From an uncultured delta proteobacterium (GTDB lineage: Bacteria; Desulfobacterota; Zymogenia; Zymogenales; Zymogenaceae), in contig CAVTLK010000001.1 in assembly GCA_963735595.1 (NCBI GenBank), positions 160,001 through 224,000 on the forward strand: 64,000 nucleotides of DNA, read 5' to 3'. Both the position numbers and the translations under genes were made by a program. The stretch's first letter is position 1; each line of letters starts with the position of its first letter. The notes under the pieces were generated by a model. The model saw nothing but the letters and a program-made list of their open reading frames with translations. It had not been told where the DNA came from and searched no databases. This document shows, in pieces, positions 39,954-50,698 of the stretch.

Positions 39954-41264
39954 TCAGTGTCGAAAGTAAAACGGGACGTCAAGACGCACGGCGCCGTCCT
40001 TGACCTCGCGAATCATGAGGTGGTGGAAGATCGCGAGCCTCTTTGAACCGTCCGCGCCTGTTTCGTATCGAAATATTTCAAAGAGGGGGAGTAAGTTTCG
40101 TTTAAAGCCGTCGTCATACAGGGGAAGGGGATACAGAACGACGGTCGAATCCTCGCCCGTCTTCAGTTTCCTTCGATCGTACACCGGAAAGAGGTAAACC
40201 CAGAGGTCATCGGTTCCGTCGGGATAGGTTGTCCTGGCGTATTTATCGAAGAGCATAACGCGATAGGTTTCTTCGGTCTTCTCCGGCGAGGTGAATAGAC
40301 TACGGGAATATACCGGGTAGAGGATATACATCCGATCATCGATACTGTCCTTTTCGGTCTTCACCCGTTTCTTATAGAAAGGGGCGATCTGGGTAAGGGA
40401 GAGGGTATCGGATCGGGCAAACGAGATAAAGGGCCACGGGGCGTCTACCCTTTTGTAGTTGGTGCTCTCGTTACCGGATACGGTAAAGAAAGGCCAGAGA
40501 TACGAGGTCGAATAGGAATCAGGGGTCCGGCGGTCGACGTAGAAGGGGATTATAATGGTGTCGATCTCAGGGGACCGGGTATCCAGGTTCTTTCCACTGA
40601 ACGTAACCAGAGGGAAAAGTATAAACGTCTTGTAGCTTTCCCCCGCCGTCTCTTCGTGCCCCCAGATCGGAAACACGCGAAGGCCACGGGTTTTATCTCC
40701 GAGGGTCGTCCTGAAGACCGGCCAGATGACCGTATGGGAGGTCGTGGAGTCTTCAACGGTTCTCGAATACAGGGGCCAGAGGATAAACAGGATATCGTCC
40801 TTGCCGAAGCGCTTCTTTACCGTGCCGTAGAGCGGGAAGACCCCGCCATAGGGAAGGCCGTCCTCGGATCTCCCCCAGTAGAGGGGGAAATGGTCGTGAG
40901 CGGTCCTTGTCTTGTTCGGGAATATCTCGGCCGTCTCGTCCTTCATGATCGGAAAGATGCGCAGCTTCTCGTCCACTCCCTGTCTCTTATATTTTATAAT
41001 CGGGTAAATGACGTCGATTATCGTGGAGTCGGCCGATTCGTCCTTCTTAAACGAAAAAACAGGCCGGATAGAAAATTCGCGGGCATCCTTACCCCGGTGA
41101 TAATAGACGAAGGGGGTGAGGATGGAAAGGGTCGTGCTGTCGTCCCGGTCATCTTCGTTGTAGTAGACGAGGGGCCAGATATTGACGTGACGCGACCCGG
41201 TATGGGCACACGCACAGCAGACCAGGAGGACAAGCGCCGGGAGGATACGTGAAAATCTCTTCAT
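39954..41264 (-). CDS. Hypothetical (lipo)protein made of ~20 aromatic-Pro repeats
   Basis: Signal peptide ending in VCCAC; recurrent (I/L/V)(W/F/Y)P(L/F/V/I) units; sits 4 nt downstream of mlaD. Confidence 0.8.
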   Translation of the reverse strand: MKRFSRILPALVLLVCCACAHTGSRHVNIWPLVYYNEDDRDDSTTLSILTPFVYYHRGKDAREFSIRPVFSFKKDESADSTIIDVIYPIIKYKRQGVDEKLRIFPIMKDETAEIFPNKTRTAHDHFPLYWGRSEDGLPYGGVFPLYGTVKKRFGKDDILFILWPLYSRTVEDSTTSHTVIWPVFRTTLGDKTRGLRVFPIWGHEETAGESYKTFILFPLVTFSGKNLDTRSPEIDTIIIPFYVDRRTPDSYSTSYLWPFFTVSGNESTNYKRVDAPWPFISFARSDTLSLTQIAPFYKKRVKTEKDSIDDRMYILYPVYSRSLFTSPEKTEETYRVMLFDKYARTTYPDGTDDLWVYLFPVYDRRKLKTGEDSTVVLYPLPLYDDGFKRNLLPLFEIFRYETGADGSKRLAIFHHLMIREVKDGAVRLDVPFYFRH

Positions 41265-41268
41265 CGCG

Positions 41269-42054
41269 TTAAAATATCAGTCCGAAGATCGTGGACATAA
41301 CCGAAATCGGGGTCTGCTCCTCGATCCCTTCGGCGGCCTTTCTAAATTCACGGACAGCGTTTTCGGATTCCGTATAGAGACTGTCGTCTTGAACGAGCCG
41401 TCCCAGCGTACCTTCGCCCTTGTTGATCTTATCGGTTACGCCTTTCACGTCGGCGTAGAGGGTATCATCGTTCATGAGCTTGCCGAGAGATCCCTCTCCG
41501 CGATTAATTTTGGCAGTAATATCGGAGAGATTAGCGCTCGTATCCGCCATGTTGGAGACGATCTTCTTAAGATCCTCTTTAGTCTCGGGGTCGCCGATGA
41601 CTTCCTTGATGGAGGCGGAGATATCGGAGAGGTCTTTGATTATGTCGTTGATATCGGCCTCTTCGACGGTGGTAGCAATGGTGTCCCCGTCGGCGAGCAG
41701 ACCGCTGGCGGATGTGCCCGGATAGATCAGGATATACTTATCCCCCATGGCCCCGTAGGACTTCATCTCCGCCCGTGCGTCCCGATATATGGGGGTGTCC
41801 TTGGCAATGGACATCACAACCCTGGCCCGGTCACCGGCCAGCACAACATCTTCCACATCCCCGATCTTCACGCCGGCAATGCGCACCGATCCCATGACGT
41901 TAAGGCCCGAGACGTCGGAAAAATCGGCGTTGAGGGTATAGCCGCCGCCGGATGTTATCCGGTACTGGCCGATGAAAAGAGTAGTCAGGCCGATAATGGC
42001 GATTCCCAGAAGGACAAAGAGCCCCACCTTGATCGCTAACGATGTATCTTTCAT
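41269..42054 (-). CDS. mlaD: MCE/MlaD family protein with a helical C-terminal extension
   Basis: KVGLFV TM anchor, F.DVSGL...VRIAGVKIG.V, GDKYILIYPG; two GEG(S/T)LG.L..DD.LY repeats. Confidence 0.9.
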   Translation of the reverse strand: MKDTSLAIKVGLFVLLGIAIIGLTTLFIGQYRITSGGGYTLNADFSDVSGLNVMGSVRIAGVKIGDVEDVVLAGDRARVVMSIAKDTPIYRDARAEMKSYGAMGDKYILIYPGTSASGLLADGDTIATTVEEADINDIIKDLSDISASIKEVIGDPETKEDLKKIVSNMADTSANLSDITAKINRGEGSLGKLMNDDTLYADVKGVTDKINKGEGTLGRLVQDDSLYTESENAVREFRKAAEGIEEQTPISVMSTIFGLIF

Positions 42055-42069
42055 GATCTAACTCCCATT

Positions 42070-42815
42070 CTATCCGTGTGATATTTCGTTGAGGCTCCCG
42101 GAGACGTATCCGGAGATCAATGGGTCTTTTGACGTCTCAAACTGCTTGGGAGTCCCCTCGGCATAGATCTTCCCTTTATAGAGCATGGCGATCTTATCGG
42201 CCACCGCCAGAGTAAAGCGTATATTGTGGCTGATTATGATGTAGGTGATCTTCTCGATGCTGTGGGTCTTCAGTATAAGCTCGGTGATGGAGTTTTCCGT
42301 TATCGGGTCAAGCCCCGACGTCGGTTCATCAAACAGGACGATCTTCGGGATTGGTAACCAGCGCCCGTGCAAGCCCTACCCGCTTTTTCATGCCGCCCGA
42401 GAGCTCGGAGGGCATTTTGTCTTCCATTCCGGTTAACTCCACTTCCTTGATCCGTTTGGTGACCCGGGTCACTGACCTCGCTCTTTGGGAGCCGTTCCCG
42501 CTCCACGAGGGGAAAGGCAATGTTTTCCCAGACCGATAGAGAATCAAAGAGGGCCCCTTCCTGGAACAGCATCCCGAAATGAACTCTGACGCGATTGAGT
42601 TCCTTTTCGGCCATTGAGGTAATCTCGTCACCGTTGACGAATATCTTGCCGTCGTCCGGTTTTACCAGCCCGATAATATGCTTCAGAAGCACCGATTTTC
42701 CCGCGCCGCTCCTCCCGAGGATCACGGTGATCTCACCGTCCTGTATCGTTAGGTTCAGACCCTTGAGCACTTCTTCGCTGCCAAAAGATTTATTGAGACC
42801 GGCGATCTTTATCAT
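42070..42815 (-). pseudogene. mlaF: MlaF-type ABC ATPase, two frameshifts (probable sequence errors)
   Basis: [34 protein letters not shown] and [11 protein letters not shown] in three consecutive frames. Confidence 0.88.
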
Positions 42816-42831
42816 GGAACGATACAGCCTT

Positions 42832-43603
42832 TTATTTGAACATTATCGCAGATAAAATATAGTCGGAGACAATGACCGTGACACTGGCGACCACGACCGC
42901 GCGGGTCGTTGCCTTCCCGATACCTTCGGCGCCGCCTGTCGCGTAGTAGCCGTAGTAACACCCGATGAGCGTCAGGAAGAAGCCGAAAAAGACCGACTTG
43001 ATCAGCCCGCTCGTATAGTCCTTAATCTCCAGGAGGTCATGGACATGATAGAGAAAGTCGCCCCCGCTGATGTTGAGAACGGTAACGCCGATGAAGTATG
43101 AGGCCAGAAAGCCCGCCAGCGAGAAGATCGAGGCGAGGATGGGCATCATGGTGATACCGGCGATAATCCTCGGGACTATCAGGTATTGAACAGGACTGAT
43201 CGACATGGACGTCAGGGCGTCGATTTGCTCGGTGATACGCATGGTGCCGAGCTCGGCGGCCATGGCCGATGACACCCGGCCGACGACCATGATGGCGCCG
43301 ATGACCGGGCCCATCTCGCGGGCCATTCCCACGGCGACGGTTGCCCCTACGAGGCTCTCGGCGTTGAAGTGGCGGAACGTCAGGTATCCGTGGAGCGCCA
43401 GGACCATCCCCGTGAACGCGCCCGTTGTGAGTTATGATGGCCAGGGATTTCGTGCCGACGAAATCCATCTGACGCAGTATGTTCGTAATACGGTAGGGAG
43501 GCCGTACGGCCCACCGCGCGGCATCGAGAAACAGGAGGGTGATACGCCCGAGGTGGAGGACCTTCTCGGAAATCCAGTCCACAAGCAGGGAAGGCACGCG
43601 CAT
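42832..43603 (-). pseudogene. mlaE: MlaE-type ABC permease, one frameshift near 43430
   Basis: RQMDFVG.KSL, REMGPV, AAELGTMRITEQIDAL, PRIIAG, GAEGIGKATTRAVV. Confidence 0.9.
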
Positions 43604-43663
43604 AATTGATATCCCTCCTGAATCAGCAGACAACGGCCTGAAGAGTATATCCCGAGGATGCTG

Positions 43664-45900
43664 CTATTTCAACTTAAAAAGACCCCATCCCAGTCTGCAG
43701 GCGGCGGGCTGGTAAGTGCCTTCGCGGATACGGGATAAGATATAGCTGGGTGGGTATCGTCGCCGGAAGACTCCGCCTGTAGCGACTCGAATATCTTCAA
43801 GGCATCCTCCCAGCGCTGCGACCTCACGAGGGAAAGCCCCTGCTCGAACCGTCCGGCAGCCGCCTCCCTGTCGGGAAACTGGCCCTTCTTCCCGATCATT
43901 TCGTATATCTTCTCGGGTATGTTTTTGCCCCGCACCCTCACCAGGTCGAGCTCCCGGAACGCAGATATCGTCCTTTACCCGGCGGTATGTATATTCGGTG
44001 ACCAGACAGGTCGTTTCGTATTGCTTGTTGAGGTTCTCGAGCCGCGAGGCAAGATTAACGGCATCACCCATGACGGTATAATCAAATCGCTTCTTTGAGC
44101 CCATGTTGCCGACCGCGGCGTACCCGGTGTTGATGCCTATCCGTATGGACAGGGCGGGCCGTCCCATCGTTTTCCAGCGAAGGATGAGCCGGTCGAGTTC
44201 CGCCATCATGTCGATGGCCGTCATGCATGCCTGCAGTCGGGTGATCCGGCTGGGGCAGGGGGGCTCCGTAAACCGCCATGATGGCGTCGCCGATATACTT
44301 ATCCAGGAGACCCTCGATGTGAGAAGACGACGTCGGTCATAGCGCTCAGGTATTCGTTGAGGATATTGACCAGTTCCTCCGGAGAGAGCTCTTCGGAAAG
44401 TGACGTAAAACCCTTGATATCCGAGAAGAGGACCGTAATTTCCTTACGGTCGCCGCCGAGGGTCAGCATCGACGGGTTTTTGAGGATTTCGTCCACTACC
44501 AGCTCGGGGACATAATACTGAAATGCCTCCCTGATCTGTTTCCCCACCCGTTCGACCGTTATGTATCTGAATCAGGTTAAGAACGGTGTATCCAATGGCT
44601 ATTGTCAAGAAGTGGCGGAAGGACGGCAATCCAGACGTTGTTGACAGCGAACATATACTGGGTGAACATAATCCATCCCCCGGTCAACACTATTCCGATG
44701 AATTGCCCCTAACCACGCCGAAACGCGGGGAATAACCATGCCCAGCAGAATACCGAACAACAAGACCACCAGGAAATCAAGATACTGCGCCCATGCCGGC
44801 ATCGAGATAAACCGCCGGTGGAGGATGTTGTCTATTATGGTTGCGTTGACCTCCGTGCCGGGGAAATCGCTTCCCATGGGCGTGACCCTGAGATCGTAGG
44901 TGCCCACGGCCGACGTGCCGATGACGGCGATTCTGCCGTTGATCTTCTCCTTGTCGACCCGGCCCTTGAGGATATCGACAAAGGAGTAGTATGGAAACGT
45001 TCTTACCGGCCCCGGTAGTTTATCAGCAGCTCACCCTTTGCATTCGTGGGGATTTCAATATCGCCGATGACAACCTTGTATACGCCGTCCTCCGAGATGT
45101 AGATGTCTGGCGCGGGGGCCTTCAGATAGGCGCGCGACGAGTTCCAGGGCCAACGACGGGTAGAGCGTATCGCGGCACTTGACGGCCAGCGGCGACCACC
45201 GTAATGGTGCCGTCATTGTCGGGAAAGACGTTAAAGTAGCCGAATCCCTCGGCGGCGCGGGAAATGACCGGGATATTTGTTTCCGGGGCGATCATCTCGA
45301 AGGGGTGATCCGTTTGGCCTCCTCGGAATCGTACGCGATGAGCCGATACCGGGATGTGGCGATTTCCGTGAGGCTTTTCTCGATATCGGGCTTCGCTCAT
45401 GTGCTGGATGTCTTTTTGCTTCACATGGAAGAAGTACCCGAGGACTACGCCGGGTCCCTGGGAGAGGGCGTACGCGAGACGGGAGTCGTTGTCCAGCGGT
45501 CGCGCGTTTCGTCGTAGAATTCGAGTAATTTCGGATCGGTAAAACCTTCTGTTCTGTCCCTGCTGCTTGATATAGTCTATGGTGCTGATCCCGGAGTAGA
45601 TGTCGGGCTCGGAGAATACCATGTCGAAACCGACGGCGCGTACCCCCATCTTGTTCAGGTTCTCCACCACGTCAACGAAATAGCTCCGGGGGAACGGCCA
45701 ACGTCCGACTTCGTCGAGCGTCTTCTCGTCGATAGCAATGATGACGACTTCATCGCCGGGGAGTGTCTTGCCGCGAAGAAGAAAACGGTAGTCGAGGATC
45801 TTGTTTTCCATCACGGAAATGAAGCCGAAACCGAACCTGCCGAGGAGTATGACGAGGATGGAGATAAGAATGCCGATGATGATTCCGGTTATTTTTTCAT
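43664..45900 (-). pseudogene. CHASE2-domain class III adenylate/guanylate cyclase, many frameshifts
   Basis: AIDEKTL..GRWPFPR, FDMVFSEP, PGTEVNATIIDN (CHASE2); TVLFSDIKGFT, KYIGDAIMAVYGAP, YTVMGDAVNLASRLE (cyclase). Confidence 0.88.
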
Positions 45901-45915
45901 ACTGGTTTCCAAATA

Positions 45916-46919
45916 TCAGGATATGGCCGACGAAAGCGACTTCAGGTTTTGAATTTGCCCGAGCGCGATGAGGGTATCGTTTTCGTTGATGATCAGATTG
46001 AGGCGGGAGGGTTGAAGACCATCTTTTCGTCGGGCCTCAGAACGGCCACGATGATTACGCCGAACTGGTACGAATCTCCGAATCGACGATTGTCTTGCCG
46101 ATGATGGAGGACCCGCCGGATACCGTCATCTCTTCGATGGCAAGCTCGAGGTCTTTCTTGCCCACGGTAAAATCGAGGAATTCCGACACGGCGGGCCGCG
46201 ATATAAGGTTTGCCATACGGCGGCCTCCGATCGAATAGGGGCAGACCACCTGATCCGCCCCGGCCGATAGCAGCCTTTTTTCGCTGGTCCCGTCATGGGC
46301 CCGACCCATAACGAAGATATCGGGTTTGAGGGCTTTGGCCGAAATGGTGATATAGACGTTATCGGCGGGCGAGCCAACGGCGGCAACGAGGCCTTTGCCG
46401 CGCATGATGCCCGCCGAAATCAGGACCTCGTCTTCAACTGCGTCGCCAACGACGGCCGGATACCCTTTCTTCGAGACCTCGTCGATCTTCTCGGGGAGAA
46501 CTATCGACGACAACAAATCGGATATCCTGATCAAACAGCTCGTCGGCAATTACCCTTCCAATTCGGCCGTATCCGCAGATAATGTAATGGTCCGTGAGAC
46601 GCTCGACGCCTTTCTTGGTACGTCTTTTTTCCATAAAATCGCGTATCTCTCCTTCTACAACGTAGCGCGCGAAGGTGGTTATATTGATGGCGACAACGAA
46701 TATCCCCCCGATAATAAGGACGATGGTGAAGATACGCCCATAATCGCTCAGCGGGTGGATTTCCCCATACCCCACAGCGGTAAGGGTCGTCACGGTCATA
46801 TAGAAGGAATCAAGAAGGTTCCATCTCTCGATGGTTTCGTATCCAATAGTCCCGGCAAGGATGACGAAGACCAGAAAGAGGAGACCGAGACGAAGCCTCC
46901 CCGCGGATATGGGCCGCAG
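45916..46919 (-). pseudogene. Potassium channel with TrkA-N/TrkA-C (RCK) domains, frameshifted
   Basis: Two TM helices with pore TLTAVGYGE, HYIICGYGRIG, GDA..DEVL..AGI, AGADQVVCPY. Start codon unresolved. Confidence 0.85.
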
Positions 46920-46924
46920 CTCTC

Positions 46925-48250
46925 CTATAGTTTCACCCCGAATTTCTTAAGGATCTCGGGGGTGAGGGCATTCTTCCTGGTTATCTGGGCAAACATCTTG
47001 CCCGAGAGCTTGATGGTTCTCTTTTGTGTCTTAAAGTCCACGTGAACCATACCGAACCGCATCGAATACCCGTTGGCCCACTCGAAGTTGTCCATGCTGG
47101 ACCAGAAGAGAAACCCCCGGATATCCATGCCGTCGGCGATCGCGTTGCCCACCTCGGCGATGTGGGCGGCCATATATAGCCTGCGGTACGCGTCGTCCTT
47201 TTGACTTTCCTGGTACTTTGTGGCCACCCCGTTTTCCGCGACGTAGAGCGGGACCTTATACTTGGACAGTATCGACAACAGGCGGTAAATGCCATGGGGA
47301 TAGTATTCGCCCTCATCGAAATGGCTTGTCTTTGTCCCGGGAGCCGGCGGTACGGTCTTGCCGAAGAGCGTCGTCGGTGAGAGGAGGGAGAACTTCACGC
47401 TGTCGCGTGCATAGTAATTCAGTCCGATGAAGTCGCAGCTGCCCTTGGTGAGTTTCTTATCTTTCGGATCGACCTTGATTTCCCCGGAGGTCTCGCCGGT
47501 AAACAGGGCGTCAATGAAGTCCATGTTGAAGCCCTTGTGCTGATTCCCGGCAACCCTGATATCCCACTTGTTGTCCGGGCGGTAAGGGGCGAAGATGCGC
47601 ATGTGCTTGGCGAAGCCGACCTTGGCCTTCGGGTCGATCTTCTTGATCGCATGATATGCCATAACATGCGCCCTCAGCATGTTGCCGGCCACGCGGAAGC
47701 CCTTGATCGGGTTCTTCACGCCGGGGGCGTATTCGCCCGACATATAGGACAGGAACGCGTATACCATCGGCTCGTTGATCGTCATCCAGAACGTGACGTC
47801 CTTCTTGAGGGCCGAGACGATGACACGGGTGAACTCGACGAACCGCGTAACGCACTCGGGATTGGCCCAGCCCCCGTCCCTGGCCATCCAGAGGGGGGTT
47901 GAAAAATGGTGTAGGGTCACAAAAGGAACCATCTTGAGCCTTTTGAGCTCTTTGACGACTTCCACGTAATGGGCGATTTCAGTCTCCGAGAAATACCCCT
48001 TGGCCGGTTCTACGCGGCTCCACTCGATCGAGAGTCGGTGGGCGTTGTGTCCCAAATCCTTGAGGAGCTTGAAGTCCTCCTTGTAGCGATGGTAGTGGTC
48101 GCAGGCGTCTCCGGAGATAGTCATATCGATGATCTTGCCGGGAATCTGCTCGAATTCCCACCAGTCGTTGTTGAAATTGCCCCCTTCGACCTGATGCGAG
48201 GAAGTCGCAGCCCCCCAGAGAAAACCTTTCGGAAACTTGACCGTCTTCAT
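46925..48250 (-). CDS. Glycoside hydrolase family 1 (beta-glucosidase-like)
   Basis: FPKGFLWGAATSSHQVEG, RLSIEWSR, TINEP (acid/base), AENG (nucleophile), DNFEW. Confidence 0.95.
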   Translation of the reverse strand: MKTVKFPKGFLWGAATSSHQVEGGNFNNDWWEFEQIPGKIIDMTISGDACDHYHRYKEDFKLLKDLGHNAHRLSIEWSRVEPAKGYFSETEIAHYVEVVKELKRLKMVPFVTLHHFSTPLWMARDGGWANPECVTRFVEFTRVIVSALKKDVTFWMTINEPMVYAFLSYMSGEYAPGVKNPIKGFRVAGNMLRAHVMAYHAIKKIDPKAKVGFAKHMRIFAPYRPDNKWDIRVAGNQHKGFNMDFIDALFTGETSGEIKVDPKDKKLTKGSCDFIGLNYYARDSVKFSLLSPTTLFGKTVPPAPGTKTSHFDEGEYYPHGIYRLLSILSKYKVPLYVAENGVATKYQESQKDDAYRRLYMAAHIAEVGNAIADGMDIRGFLFWSSMDNFEWANGYSMRFGMVHVDFKTQKRTIKLSGKMFAQITRKNALTPEILKKFGVKL

Positions 48251-48465
48251 TAGTACCCCCAGTGCGTTTTTCATTATTGTATCTTTTATGGCAAAATTTT
48301 CAAGGAAATAATCGAACGATAAGAACCGATATGGCGGGGCTGAAGCGTACGGGATGGAATACGGCACATCCGATTTGCCGGAGGGCGTCGGTTCCTTTTG
48401 GATTGATTATTTATTCGGAATCGGATAGGATACATTTATAGTATTTTCGTGAGTGAGGAATCATA

Positions 48466-48876
48466 GTGAAGAATTTCGTGAATCTCTTTGTCAAAGACGC
48501 AATGCTGAAAGATGTGGTGACCGTGTCTCCGGAGACGAAGGTGCGGGAAGTAGAGGCCCTCTTCGAGAAATACGATTACTATTCGTTTCCCGTTGTCGAG
48601 GGCGGTAAAGTCGTCGGAATCGTCACGAAGCTCGATTTCCTCAGGCACTTCATTTTCACCCCCTCTTCGATCGTTCCGCAATACGACCGGCTCCTCGACG
48701 ACAATATCCGCGGCATCATGAACCCCAAGGTCTTTACGGTGTCGATGGACACACCGCTTACCCGGGTATTGGAATTGATGGTGGAGACGCGCATCAGGAG
48801 CTTTCCGGTGGTGGACGCCGATAACCGGCTTCTGGGCGTGATCTCCCGGGAAGACATCATGAAGATGTTGAAGTGA
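48466..48876 (+). CDS. CBS-pair protein
   Basis: Two CBS repeats (FPVVEGGKVVGIVT and FPVVDADNRLLGVIS). Confidence 0.9.
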   Translation: MKNFVNLFVKDAMLKDVVTVSPETKVREVEALFEKYDYYSFPVVEGGKVVGIVTKLDFLRHFIFTPSSIVPQYDRLLDDNIRGIMNPKVFTVSMDTPLTRVLELMVETRIRSFPVVDADNRLLGVISREDIMKMLK

Positions 48877-49137
48877 CGCAGGTTTAACGGGTAACAAAAA
48901 GAATATAATCCGGTCTGTGAGTCAAGCGGGAATGTCCCTCGTAAGGGTATTTTGGAGAGTCGGTATAGGAGAAGCATCGAAAACCGCCGCCGGGAATTAA
49001 CACGGAAAGGTTACCACCATGAATTTACCGTACTCCCCGCTAAGGACACATAACGCTCCTATTTAGTGATCATCGCAAGGTTTTAGCGAATATCCTGACG
49101 ATTACCGTAGGGTTGCCGATATCTTCAGGAGTCTCCA

Positions 49138-50482
49138 ATGGCCAACACGGTCTGGTTTGACGTTACCAGGATTCATGGCTGGACTGAGCCCCCGGTCGGG
49201 ATTATCCGGGTCCAGTTAGAGATTGCTCGACGTCTTCTTTCAGAATTCGGCACCAAAGTTCGTTTCTGCCGTTTTGAGAGGCGGGGGGAAATGTACGTTG
49301 AGGCGTCTCCTGTGGAGGTCGATACGTATATTCGGAGGTTAGACGCGAATGCGGAAGGATCAAACCCTTATTCATATAACGGAGTAGGATGGAAAGCAAA
49401 GGACTTTATTAAGAAGAAGATTCAGTATCTACCAAAGCGGTTCCAGACCGTGCTCATTCAATTCGTAAGGGGGTTGCGGCGTACTGTAAGGAAGGCTACG
49501 CGAATCTTCTTGAGGTCGATTTATCGGCGTCTCGTACATTTTAGTTTGCTGCCGCCCGGCATAGATACGAAAATGAAGCAGGGGGATATTTATGTCAACC
49601 TGGACTTGGATCTTGATGCTGACACCTTTGCGCGTATCTACGAGACAAAGAGGAAATTGGGTATTACAGGTAGTCGGAATGTGTTACGATCTTATACCGA
49701 TAATCACACCCCATTTTATTGCGAGCGACTATTCACAGCTATTTTCCGGTTTCATAAAGAATATGGCCCGATGCGCGGATCTGATCATGTGCATTTCCCG
49801 GAACACGCTCCATGATCTGGAAGGATTTCTGTTTTCGGTTAACGGACATAGACCTTCATTGGAAATCATTACTCTGGGTGAGAACCTCAATGTTTCAACG
49901 GGCGTCCTCAGTGAAAAGGTTGATGCTACCTGTCAAAAATCCTACATCCTATATGTTTCTACCATCGAAGTACGAAAGAATCATGAAACCCTCTATCGTG
50001 CCTATAAGGAGCTGATAGAAGCAGGCGGACGGGATTTGCCCAGACTTGTATTTGTGGGCAGGCAGGGATGGAAGGTTGATTCTCTTCTTTCTGATTTACA
50101 CATGGACCGCGCAATAAGCGGGTTGATCATTACGCTTGATCAGGTTAATGATTCGGAGCTTTCCTATCTCTATCGTCATTCCCTGTTTACGGTCTATCCG
50201 TCCCTGTACGAGGGCTGGGGCCTGCCTGTTGCCGAAAGCCTTGCCCATGGTAAATTCTGTATAGCCTCGTCGGCCTCGTCGCTGCCGGAAGTGGGCGGCG
50301 ATTTAGTCGAGTATATTGATCCGTGCGATCTACCGGCCTGGGTCGAGCGGCTGGCCTACTACTTCGATAATCCGGAAGCTCTCCGTGACAGGGAGGCGAA
50401 GATACGGTCGGAGTATCGGCCGCGCACGTGGTCGGAGACCACGCGGAAAATAGTAGATCGCGCCCTGAGGCTTGAGGGATAG
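49138..50482 (+). pseudogene. Glycosyltransferase family 4 (GT-B), one frameshift near 49665
   Basis: GIIRV N-terminus, YDLIP, VSTIEVRKNH, YPSLYEGWGLPVAESL, SSLPEVGG. Confidence 0.85.
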
Positions 50483-50698
50483 TCAGAACAGTCGTCGTCT
50501 CTTTAGTATATATAGTATTCCTTATGTTTCCTGGTTCCTCTCTGTCGAATGAAGTCGGGGCATGGGCGGCTCTTCCACGTAAGGGGGGGCAATGCTTGTG
50601 CTGAAATCCGTCCCGTGAACGCGCGTAAGGATATTTCTCCCTATCCACCGTATACCTTCCGCCTAATCTCAGACGGCACTCTTTGCCTTTAGCGACAC

